From an uncultured bacterium (GTDB taxonomy: Bacteria > Cyanobacteriota > Cyanobacteriia > Cyanobacteriales > JASJDA01): DNA of 64,000 nucleotides. Of the stretch, positions 46,832 through 55,791 are shown piece by piece. Position numbers and translations under genes: made by a program. The stretch lies in contig CAYWIH010000004.1 of assembly GCA_964458305.1 (NCBI GenBank), positions 10,844 through 74,843 on the forward strand, written 5' to 3'. A model generated the notes under the pieces. That model was not told the origin of the DNA, did no database searches, and worked only from the letters and a program-made list of their open reading frames with translations. The first letter of the stretch is position 1; each line of letters starts with the position of its first letter.

Positions 46832-48229
46832 TTGACAATAAACCAAAACTCTAATTTACTACAAGTAACGTTGGATGCTTTGTCTGCTGGAGTTGGGCTT
46901 TTAGATCGATCGGGAAACATTATTCTTGTCAACAAAGCTTGGCAAGATTTAGCAACAAAAGGGTTATTATTGTTAGAAAATCCGGGTTTGGATACGAATT
47001 TTTTAGAGGCTTGCTATCGTAATAAAGGCGATTTCTCTCAAACCACTCGAGCGATAGCAACCGGAATTGAGGGAATTATTGCCGGCGAGTATCCCGAATT
47101 TCAGTTAGAATATAGCTTCAGGGAAAAAAATTTGCTGTTAGTACGGGCTAAATCGATCGAAGAGAATTGTCATTTACTTCGTTTATTAATTTCTTTTGAA
47201 AATATTACTAAATACCGCAAACAAGAATCGGCTTTAAGTTTTTTAGTTAGAGAGACTTCGGGGGTTACCGGTCAAGATTTTTTTCGGGTTCTAGTGCGAA
47301 ATTTAGCTAAATTACTGCAATTTCAATACGTTTTTATTACGGAATGTTTGAACGAATTAAAACCAGCCACCGTCAGAATTTTAGCTTTTTGGTTTAAAAA
47401 TAAATACGGAGAAAATTTTGAATATTCTTTGAGCGATACTCCTTGCGAACAGGTATTTGGTGGCAAAGCTTGTTACTACCCACGAGATTTACAAATACTT
47501 TTTCCTCAAGACCGAGATTTGATCTTACTCCAAGCCGAAGGTTATATCGGCGTGCCCATGTTCGACTCTTTCGGTAATATTGTCGGTCATTTAGTTGCTA
47601 TGGACGATCGACCCATCGAAGATCCTAGCTTGGGATTGTCTCTAATGCAAATCTTTGCCTCTAGAGCGGCCGTAGAATTGGCCCGACAGCGCAAACAAGA
47701 ACAATTAATTAAAGATGCTTTGCGCGATCGCGTTACTGACTTGCCAAATCGCAATTTATTTGACGATCGCCTCTCTCTTGCTTTAAAACGCTTTCAAAGA
47801 AACGAACAGGAAACTTTTGCTGTTTTATTGCTTCATTTAGATGGTTTCGATCTTTTTCGCGATCGCTTGGGTGTGAGAATGGCGGAACAGTTAAAGGTTG
47901 CGATCGTCCAAAGAATTCAGTACTGTCTTCGTACTAGCGATACTTTTGCTAGTTTGGAGGCCGATCGATTTGCTATTCTCCTCGAAGAGATAAATAATCT
48001 CAGCGATGCTTCGATCGTGGTCGATCGCATTCAACAAGTTCTCATCCCACCGTTTTATCTGGGTAAGAATGAAATTTTGATTAGTTTGACGGTTGGGGTT
48101 GTTATTAGCGATTCCTCAAAAGATTCGATCGATGCTTTTTTTGCAGATCGTAACATTATTTGGTCTCGTTCTTCGAACGCCCATCCCGATCTCAGGCCTA
48201 CTATTAAATCGGTAGGTTTTACTACTTGA
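46832..48229 (+). CDS. PAS-GAF protein with a degenerate GGDEF domain
   Basis: 465 aa. TTG start with GGAGG 10 nt upstream. GGDEF-domain entry DLPNRNLFDDRL. The active-site position reads LEADRF instead of GGDEF/GGEEF. Confidence 0.8.
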   Translation: MTINQNSNLLQVTLDALSAGVGLLDRSGNIILVNKAWQDLATKGLLLLENPGLDTNFLEACYRNKGDFSQTTRAIATGIEGIIAGEYPEFQLEYSFREKNLLLVRAKSIEENCHLLRLLISFENITKYRKQESALSFLVRETSGVTGQDFFRVLVRNLAKLLQFQYVFITECLNELKPATVRILAFWFKNKYGENFEYSLSDTPCEQVFGGKACYYPRDLQILFPQDRDLILLQAEGYIGVPMFDSFGNIVGHLVAMDDRPIEDPSLGLSLMQIFASRAAVELARQRKQEQLIKDALRDRVTDLPNRNLFDDRLSLALKRFQRNEQETFAVLLLHLDGFDLFRDRLGVRMAEQLKVAIVQRIQYCLRTSDTFASLEADRFAILLEEINNLSDASIVVDRIQQVLIPPFYLGKNEILISLTVGVVISDSSKDSIDAFFADRNIIWSRSSNAHPDLRPTIKSVGFTT

Positions 48230-48692
48230 GAGATTGTTTTTTTAAATAATAAGATTAGTTTAAAATTATTTAATTTTTTCTTAATTCAAATATATTTGAT
48301 TCTTAAACAATTAATTAAAAAAATATTAATCTTAAAAAATAAAAACCTAAAATAGCGAAAAGCTTTGATTTGCTTGGTTTAAGGCAAAATTATCTTACAA
48401 AAAGAATACTCGATCTAATAAAAAGTTAGGATAAACTCTAGACAGATTAATATTCTATTTTTAGAATAATTAGTATCAGAGAAGTTACGCAGCTCTAGCA
48501 AACATCTAAAAAACAAGACGGAAAACTCTGAGTAAGGATAGAAACCTATTCGGAAGAATAAAGTACTAAAGATTGCAAATAATATATCATTTCAATTTAC
48601 TAAAAATTAGTGCAGTCGAGAAAAAGATTTACGCCCGAAAAGTGAAATTTTAGCCCGGACTGAGTTGCAGTAATTATCAAGAGGTATAAAGA

Positions 48693-51422
48693 TTGGAAAC
48701 CAACAAAAAAGATGATAAAAAACAACTGCCAAAACTTGCAGAAACAGATAAATTGGCAGTGATGGTAATTCATAATAAATATTATTGTGCCGATCTATTT
48801 TTTTTGGGTAAACCTCTTGAATATGTTGCCGAAGAAATATCGCTTCATATTGAATTTATGACTAAATTTAAACAAGAATTCGATCTGAGTTATACTAAAA
48901 TTTGGCAACAATTAATTTTTAATTTACAAGGCAAGTCTTTCGAGAAGTTAGCTCCAAAAGATCTGAATTTTTATAAAGACAAATTAGCCTTATATTTTAC
49001 TATCTATTTGGCTAATTCTATTTGGTTTTATTTTAAAAGAGAGTACGATCGAGCTTTTGTTAATATTCAATTAGCGGAACAATATTCAGCAGGTGGACGA
49101 GAAAATAGATGTCTAATTCAGTACAATTTTTACTACTCTTTAATTTTAGCAGCTAAATATTGCGATCTTTCCGAACGAGAGCGCGAAAAAGCCTTAAATA
49201 GGCTGAAAAAAAATCAGGAAGAAATGAAAATATGGACTGACTGCGCGCCCAAAAACTATTTACATAAATATCAATTAATTGAAGCCGAACTAGCTAGAAT
49301 TTCCAAGGATATTAATCGAGCAAAAATCTCTTATAATCGAGCGATCGAAGGAGCAAAAAAGTCGGGTTATATTCACGAAGAAGCTTTAGCAAACGAACTG
49401 GCAGCCGAATTTTATTTAGGTTGCGATTTAGAAAAAGTAGCCCGATCTTATCTCAATAATGCCTATAATAATTATCTGCGCTGGCAAGCTAAAATAAAAA
49501 TAAAATATTTGGAAGATAGATATACTCGATCGATTAAAAAAGCCGGACAAAAAGCAGTCGAAATAAAATATTTAGAACTAGCTTCAGTAATTCAAGCATC
49601 GCGAGCAATTTTTTCCGAAACTATTTTAGAAAAATTATTAGGTAGATTGATCAAAATAGTAATGGAAAATGCTGGAGCGCAAAAAAGTTTTTTATTTTTA
49701 GAAAGAAATAGTTCCTTAATTTTAGTAGCCGCAGGAGTAGCAAGAGAAGAAAAAATTAAAATTTCTTTTCCTCAACAAAAAATAGAAAACTATCCCGATT
49801 TACCAATTTCGATTATTAACGACGTTTATAAAAGTAAAGAAATTTTAGTTATCGATCGATTAAATTCAGAAAAGTTATTTGTTAACGATGCTTATATTAC
49901 CAAAAAACAACCTAAATCGATTTTAGGGTTGCCAATTATGTATTCCGGTCAATTAAAAGGAATTCTTTATTTAGAAAATTGTTTAGTAGAATTAACACTT
50001 AATAAAGAGCGATTAGAAATCTTAAAGATGTTAACTTCTCAACTATCTATTTCAATCGAAAACGATCGCTTATATCGAACTATTTCTTATCAAAATCTTC
50101 ACGACATTCTCACCGATCTACCTAACCGTCAGTTTTTCGAGCGAGAATTATCCGTAGCTATTATTAAAGCCAAACAACAAAAAAGTTCGCTCGCCGTCTT
50201 ATTTATCGATCTAGATCGCTTCAAAAAAATTAACGACAATTTAACTCATAAAATTGGCGATCGACTATTACAAAAGTTATCCCGAAGACTGATAAGCTGT
50301 TTGCAAGATGTTAATAAAGTTGCGCGCTGGGGCGGAGATGAATTTGCAATATTAATCCAAGGAATTAATATTAGGAAAAATGCCATTATACTAGCAGAAA
50401 AAATCTTAAACTGCCTCAAAGAACCTTTTGAGCTAGAAAACATGGAAATTCATGTTAGTAGCAGTATCGGTATTGCAATTTACCCAGAAGATGGAGAAAA
50501 TGCAGAAATATTATTGAGTCATGCCGATGCCGCTTTATCTACAGCAAAAAAAAAGGGCGGAAGCAACTATCAATTTTACAATCACAAAATTCACGATCGA
50601 ACTTCAGATTTATTAAAATTAGAAAGTTATTTATATGGGGCTTTAGATCGTCAAGAATTTTTGTTGTATTACCAACCTCAAATTAATATCAAAACCGGTG
50701 CTATTTACGGAGTAGAAACTTTAATACGTTGGCAACATCCCGAGTTAGGTTTAGTATCGCCAGATCGGTTTATTCCCATAGCAGAAGAAACAGGTTTAAT
50801 TATTCCCCTCGGGGAATGGGTCTTAAAAACTGCCTGCACTCAAAATAAAATATGGCAAGATGCGGGTTTAGCCGCGCTCAAATTATCTGTAAATCTTTCG
50901 CCGCGACAATTACAAGAAACAAATCTCTTAGATAAAATCGAAAATATTTTACAAGAAACCGAAATAGCAGCCGACTTGCTAGAGTTAGAAATTACAGAAA
51001 ATGCGGCAATTCAAAATACAAAATTAGCTAGTAAAATTCTCTCGAAGATTGCCAAAATGGGTATCAATATTGCTATGGATGATTTTGGAGTTGGTTATTC
51101 TTCTTTGGGTTATTTGAAAAAATTTCCTTTCCACAGTCTCAAGATCGATCGCCTCTTAATTAAAGATCTTCCAGAAAAACCCGAAGATATTGCTATTATT
51201 GCCGCCGCGATCGCTTTAGGAAAAGGTTTTAATTTGAGAGTAGTTGTAGAAGGGGTAGAAACGGTAGAACAATTAAATCTATTGTACGACCTTGAATGTC
51301 AATACATTCAAGGCTATGTTTTTAGCAGACCTCTCGATACAGAATCTATGACTCAATTTCTGATCGAAAATAATCATAGCGCAGCTTGCTGTATTTTGCC
51401 CGATCGCAAAGATCTCACTTAA
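48693..51422 (+). CDS. GAF-GGDEF-EAL c-di-GMP turnover protein with an N-terminal helical-repeat module
   Basis: 909 aa with a TTG start directly after an in-frame stop. WGGDEFAILI, then the EAL domain (ELEITEN, DDFGVGYSSL, KIDR, VVEGVET, QGY). The N-terminal ~300 aa resemble the helical linker found after the AAA module of large cyanobacterial kinase-AAA-GAF sensors. Confidence 0.9.
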   Translation: METNKKDDKKQLPKLAETDKLAVMVIHNKYYCADLFFLGKPLEYVAEEISLHIEFMTKFKQEFDLSYTKIWQQLIFNLQGKSFEKLAPKDLNFYKDKLALYFTIYLANSIWFYFKREYDRAFVNIQLAEQYSAGGRENRCLIQYNFYYSLILAAKYCDLSEREREKALNRLKKNQEEMKIWTDCAPKNYLHKYQLIEAELARISKDINRAKISYNRAIEGAKKSGYIHEEALANELAAEFYLGCDLEKVARSYLNNAYNNYLRWQAKIKIKYLEDRYTRSIKKAGQKAVEIKYLELASVIQASRAIFSETILEKLLGRLIKIVMENAGAQKSFLFLERNSSLILVAAGVAREEKIKISFPQQKIENYPDLPISIINDVYKSKEILVIDRLNSEKLFVNDAYITKKQPKSILGLPIMYSGQLKGILYLENCLVELTLNKERLEILKMLTSQLSISIENDRLYRTISYQNLHDILTDLPNRQFFERELSVAIIKAKQQKSSLAVLFIDLDRFKKINDNLTHKIGDRLLQKLSRRLISCLQDVNKVARWGGDEFAILIQGINIRKNAIILAEKILNCLKEPFELENMEIHVSSSIGIAIYPEDGENAEILLSHADAALSTAKKKGGSNYQFYNHKIHDRTSDLLKLESYLYGALDRQEFLLYYQPQINIKTGAIYGVETLIRWQHPELGLVSPDRFIPIAEETGLIIPLGEWVLKTACTQNKIWQDAGLAALKLSVNLSPRQLQETNLLDKIENILQETEIAADLLELEITENAAIQNTKLASKILSKIAKMGINIAMDDFGVGYSSLGYLKKFPFHSLKIDRLLIKDLPEKPEDIAIIAAAIALGKGFNLRVVVEGVETVEQLNLLYDLECQYIQGYVFSRPLDTESMTQFLIENNHSAACCILPDRKDLT

Positions 51423-53845
51423 ACGATCGCGCCAAGATTTAAAAACCCAGGATCGACAGCATTATTAACGCTGGTACTGTCTAAACCATAAATACCAGCA
51501 CCACTCCTAACTGCAAAATTACCCGAGATCGTACTATCGGTTATATTGGCATTATTTTTAACTGCAATACCGCCACCATCTTGGCCAGCACTGTTATTCG
51601 AGATCGTGCTGTTAATAATTGTTAAATCGCCAAAGCTATAAATACCGCCACCATCATAGCCCGTACTGTTGCCCGAGATCGTACTGTGAAAGATTGTAAG
51701 GTTTTCTTGGCTAAAAATACCGCCACCGCTACCACCGACAGCAACTCCATTAGTAATAGTTAAGCCATCAAAAGAAACATCGATCTTCCTAACAGCATTA
51801 GCATCATCGATCTTAAAAACCCGGTTATTACCTCCAGCATTAATAGTTAAATTCGCCCCACTATTATCGATCGCAACATTTCGATCGATTTCTAATTCCC
51901 CATTAGCCAGATCGATCGTACCAGAATTAATCGAGGAATCGATTGTAATTGTTCCACCATCGGCAATAGAAGCTAAAGCTTCCCGTAAAGAAATTCCTCC
52001 CGATGCAATACCATCATTTTCATCTATTAAAGTATTTACAACCAAAGATAAAGGGGGTGGAGCATTATTAACAACTGCTGCTATTGCTAGATCTGCTTGA
52101 ATTAAACCAAATCCAGTCGCGCGATCGAAACCCGTATCGAAACCTGGAGTAATTGGGTTATCCATATCAATAGCGGTGCTTTCTAAAATAGAATAAAGAG
52201 CCGATGGAGCTAAACTATTCTTACCACCTGCCTGTTGTAAAATTAATGCAGCTACACCTGCGGCGTGGGGAGCGGCTGCTGAAGTACCGAAAAAGTTAGG
52301 AAAAGTATCTGGTTCGCCAGATCCGCCAATATCTTGACCAAAAAAAGTTGTATTTCCCCCATCTGGTGCGACAATATCAACATTTTGCCGACTTTGAGGA
52401 GTACTCAAACGATTGTTATTAATATCGAAGAGTATATCGATACCACCAGCCGAAGAAAAAGGCTCTAAAAGAGGTGGACTAGTGCCAAATTCGGGAGTTT
52501 CGAAATAAAAAGCAGCCCCTACAGAACTTGCTCCAGCAGCATTGGGATGTCCGAAACTGGTGGGGCTATTAGTATTAAATTCATTAAATGAAAAATCGTT
52601 GCTACCGCTAGTAAATGTTACGTACTGAAGGATACCGGGATTCGGGCCCGGGGCAGTTTTGCCAATAACGATATTGAATGAATTGCTGCTAAAACTACCA
52701 TCGTTAGTAAATTGTAAAATTTCAACCGGATTCTGACCGATATTATTATCAATAGAACTAGCGAGAATATTGTTAAAGTTAGTCCCTTCAACGATAAAAA
52801 TATCTAAATCGTTTGTCGAACCAGTACCATTGGGATCGAGCGATCGAAAGACTTCGTCCCATTGAAAAGAAATAGTTACCGAAGCCCCATTAGCTACTGT
52901 AATTGATTGAAAAGTATCTACACCAACTCCAGAATCAAAATCGTGCAATTGTCTGGTTTTGCCGTTAATAGTTTGGAAAATTCCGCTCGGGTTAAAGGCA
53001 TTAGCATAACTTAAATTATGACTATTTCCTGCCGAGGAAAAATAAGCCACTCCGTCTGCTACCACCGTATCCACTGCTCGGGCTACGATACCATCTTGAA
53101 AAAACGGCTCATCTAAATAGCGAACGTCATCGACAATAACATCGGCATTACCGAGATTGGGATCTGCTAAATTAAGAATACCAGAAGCAAAAGCTGCTTT
53201 TCCCCCATCGGCAGTATTAAATGCTAAATTAGCCCCCGGTGCTACGTCGTGAATAATTTGCAGCATAGCACGACCTTCATCGGTAAAGCCGCTATCCTGT
53301 AAAACATTGACACCATTTGCAGGCAAGTCTCCACTAGCAATATCCGCACTCGCTCCGTTGAGAAAATTATAACTATCCGATAATACGCCGACAGTAATAC
53401 CGCTACCATCAAGATTAAAATTGTTTCTAGCGGTATCGGCTCGTAAAGCAGCATCTCCTTGAGAAGTGGTACTACCTACATTGGTTATCGGGCGATAAAC
53501 TGGTCTGACAAACATCAGACTGGGTAAATTTGCTATTTTGCGGATTTTGTCGATTGGAATCCATCCAGAGACTTGATAATCAAATGATACGCCTTTTTCT
53601 AGACCGATCGCTTGCAGATCTTTTAGTAATCGATCGCTGTTTTTTCCCGTAGCTGAAATTAATATTTTCCCTTCTCTAATTTGAAGCAAAGAAGGTTTCA
53701 TAAATGTCGGTTTAATTTCAAGATTGTTAAGGTTAGTAATCTTGTTTCGATACATCCAAGCTAATTCGTGACCGACTCGATCTAATAAAAATTGAGAAGC
53801 GATGAAATTTGCCTTATTTGCAGCAAATAACTTATTTTTTTTCAT
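51419..53845 (-). CDS. S8 (subtilisin-like) serine peptidase with a C-terminal CSLREA-like motif and parallel beta-helix repeats
   Basis: 808 aa. Triad contexts VGVLSDS, IIHDVAPGA and GTSAAAPHAAGVAALI. Downstream are GGISLREALASIADGGTITI and repeated G-G-G-I...N-(S/T)-T-I-S-G-N units. Confidence 0.85.
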   Translation of the reverse strand: MKKNKLFAANKANFIASQFLLDRVGHELAWMYRNKITNLNNLEIKPTFMKPSLLQIREGKILISATGKNSDRLLKDLQAIGLEKGVSFDYQVSGWIPIDKIRKIANLPSLMFVRPVYRPITNVGSTTSQGDAALRADTARNNFNLDGSGITVGVLSDSYNFLNGASADIASGDLPANGVNVLQDSGFTDEGRAMLQIIHDVAPGANLAFNTADGGKAAFASGILNLADPNLGNADVIVDDVRYLDEPFFQDGIVARAVDTVVADGVAYFSSAGNSHNLSYANAFNPSGIFQTINGKTRQLHDFDSGVGVDTFQSITVANGASVTISFQWDEVFRSLDPNGTGSTNDLDIFIVEGTNFNNILASSIDNNIGQNPVEILQFTNDGSFSSNSFNIVIGKTAPGPNPGILQYVTFTSGSNDFSFNEFNTNSPTSFGHPNAAGASSVGAAFYFETPEFGTSPPLLEPFSSAGGIDILFDINNNRLSTPQSRQNVDIVAPDGGNTTFFGQDIGGSGEPDTFPNFFGTSAAAPHAAGVAALILQQAGGKNSLAPSALYSILESTAIDMDNPITPGFDTGFDRATGFGLIQADLAIAAVVNNAPPPLSLVVNTLIDENDGIASGGISLREALASIADGGTITIDSSINSGTIDLANGELEIDRNVAIDNSGANLTINAGGNNRVFKIDDANAVRKIDVSFDGLTITNGVAVGGSGGGIFSQENLTIFHSTISGNSTGYDGGGIYSFGDLTIINSTISNNSAGQDGGGIAVKNNANITDSTISGNFAVRSGAGIYGLDSTSVNNAVDPGFLNLGAIV

Positions 53846-54010
53846 AAAATTAAATCTGTTTGGAGCAATATCAATTACTCTAATTTATTGTCGGAGTTAA
53901 CCTAAGTTAATCTCTTGACATAAAAAAATGTTTTTTAATAAGTTTCTCGCGATCGGTCATTAATAACATTTTTCAAAAGTGACAAAAGACTTAGTTTAGA
54001 AATCAGTGAC

Positions 54011-54040
54011 TTACCATGGTACGTCGGTACAAAAGTCAGA
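54011..54040. repeat. dispersed palindrome-plus-heptamer repeat, copy 3 (TTACCATGGTACGTCGGTACAAAAGTCAGA)
   Basis: Matches copies at 7910-7942 and 45283-45308. Confidence 0.8.
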
Positions 54041-54070
54041 AACGGTATAATATCGTTTCTGTTTAATATT
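54037..54070 (+). terminator. perfect 8-bp hairpin CAGAAACG / CGTTTCTG with a T-rich tail (strand assignment uncertain)
   Basis: Stems at 54037-54044 and 54054-54061 with a 9-nt loop. TTTAATATT follows on the plus strand and ACTTTTG on the minus strand. Confidence 0.35.
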
Positions 54071-54082
54071 GCTACACTTAGT

Positions 54083-54103
54083 GAAGTCAGAAGTCAGAAG
54101 TCA
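54083..54103. repeat. tandem heptamer (GAAGTCA)x3
   Basis: Three exact units at 54083-54103. The same heptamer forms the tail of the dispersed repeat copies. Confidence 0.9.
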
Positions 54104-54272
54104 GTTACGATAATAACTAAAGACTCTTAAAGTATAGTTGATTTTATCTGTAGCGTGATTTTTCAGAATTGGTATAATAAGAGAAAAAATTTTAAAAAAT
54201 AAAAAATCTCCAGCAGAAAAATTGCTAGAGAATTCTTTTTAAAAACTTGCTAATTACTAGTGTAATTTCAAT

Positions 54273-54734
54273 TTATTGTAAAGAGCGAACGGTTTTTAAA
54301 GCTTCATCTACATGGCCTTGGAAATTTAATTGAGAATCGAAAATATGTCTGACAACGCCTTCTTTATCAATGATGTAAGTAACGCGACCAGGTAAAATAA
54401 ATAAAGTCGGGGGAACGCCAAAAAGATTGCGAACTTCGCTTTTAGTATCGCTTAATAAAGTAAACGGAAGATTGTATTTATTTGCAAATTGTTGGTGAGA
54501 ATTGGTAGAATCGGAACTAATTCCGATCACTTCCGCTCCGTTTTCTTGAAACACCTCGTAGCTATCTCTAAAAGCACAGGATTCTTTAGTACAGCCGGGA
54601 GTATCGTCTTTAGGATAAAAATAAAGAACGACGACCTTTTCTCCTAAAAAATCACTGAGTTTAACTGTTTCTCCACTTTGAGAGGGAAGGGAAAAATCCG
54701 GGGCTTTTTCTCCAACTTTTACCGATAAAGTCAT
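54273..54734 (-). CDS. bcp: peroxiredoxin, BCP/PrxQ type
   Basis: 153 aa. Peroxidatic Cys context [19 protein letters not shown]. Confidence 0.9.
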   Translation of the reverse strand: MTLSVKVGEKAPDFSLPSQSGETVKLSDFLGEKVVVLYFYPKDDTPGCTKESCAFRDSYEVFQENGAEVIGISSDSTNSHQQFANKYNLPFTLLSDTKSEVRNLFGVPPTLFILPGRVTYIIDKEGVVRHIFDSQLNFQGHVDEALKTVRSLQ

Positions 54735-54791
54735 AATTTAAATTTGTTTTTTTGTCAAACTAAAAAAGTTTATCTCGATCGTAATAAAATT

Positions 54792-55784
54792 TTACCAGTG
54801 AATCGTTCCATCTGGCATCATCGCACCTTTCCAATTTACCCCGATAATATTGGCACTAATTAATTCTGCATTGGTCAAATTAGCTTCGCAAAAAATAGCA
54901 TTTCTCAAATTAGCTCGAGCAAAGTAAGCAGCAATTAATTCTGCTCTAGAAAAGTCCGCTCTAGAAAGATTGGCCCGCGAAAGATCCGCACCGCTCATAA
55001 TAACATCGTTGAGATTGGCTTCGCAAAAAACAGCCCGATCGCATTTTGCCTTAGCCATGGTCGCACCCTGTAAGTTAGCTCCACTCAAGTCTGCTTCTGT
55101 TAGTTTAGCGGTATTCATTTTAACATCTTTGAGGTTCGCTCCGGCTAAATTAGCCCCAGTTAAATTTACTTTAGCCAAGACAGCACCTTGTAGGTTAGCT
55201 TCGCTAAGATCGGCATAAGTCAAATCTACTTGTCTGAGGTTGGTATTTTTCAGATTAGCCCCTCTTAAATTTACTTTAGATAGATCTGCTCCGCTCAGGT
55301 TAGCACCTTGGAGATCTGCTTTAGGAGCGATCGCCCCTCTTAGTTTAGCGGTGTAAGTTCTTTTTTCTTGTCGCAAGTTAGCACCTCGCAAACAAGCACC
55401 TGTGAGATCGGCACCCGAGAGATCTATTCCTCTCATATCTGCTGCAATTAAATTGGCATCTAAGAGGCTAGCTAAACTCATATTTACCTCGCAAAGATTT
55501 GCTTTTTGTAAAATTACGCCGTGGAGGTTAGAATTTTGCAAATTAGCACCGCTTAAATCTGCTCCGCTTAAGTTAGTTCCGCTTAAATTACTACCGATTA
55601 AATTAGCTTCTTTTAAAATTGCCCGATTCAGGTAAGCTAACATAAAATTAGTGCCCCGTAGGTTGGCTCGCTCGAAGTTAATCCCGATTAAGTCCGCACT
55701 AATTAGATTGGCAGCTCCCAAATTTTCGCCGCTAAAATCTGTCGTTCCAGCTAAATATTTTTCAATAATTTCATTGGGTTTCAT
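54792..55784 (-). CDS. pentapeptide-repeat protein
   Basis: 330 aa, almost entirely A(D/N)LxG-type pentapeptide units (ANLSGADLSGANLQ...). Confidence 0.9.
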   Translation of the reverse strand: MKPNEIIEKYLAGTTDFSGENLGAANLISADLIGINFERANLRGTNFMLAYLNRAILKEANLIGSNLSGTNLSGADLSGANLQNSNLHGVILQKANLCEVNMSLASLLDANLIAADMRGIDLSGADLTGACLRGANLRQEKRTYTAKLRGAIAPKADLQGANLSGADLSKVNLRGANLKNTNLRQVDLTYADLSEANLQGAVLAKVNLTGANLAGANLKDVKMNTAKLTEADLSGANLQGATMAKAKCDRAVFCEANLNDVIMSGADLSRANLSRADFSRAELIAAYFARANLRNAIFCEANLTNAELISANIIGVNWKGAMMPDGTIHW

Positions 55785-55791
55785 ATCGATT

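Noticed and set aside
48230-48692. Checked the long spacer before the GGDEF-EAL gene for a c-di-GMP riboswitch or a small gene
   Set aside because: The spacer is extremely AT-rich. Only the short palindrome ATTCTA-TTTT-TAGAAT stands out. There are no GEMM-like conserved G/C blocks and no ORF with an RBS.
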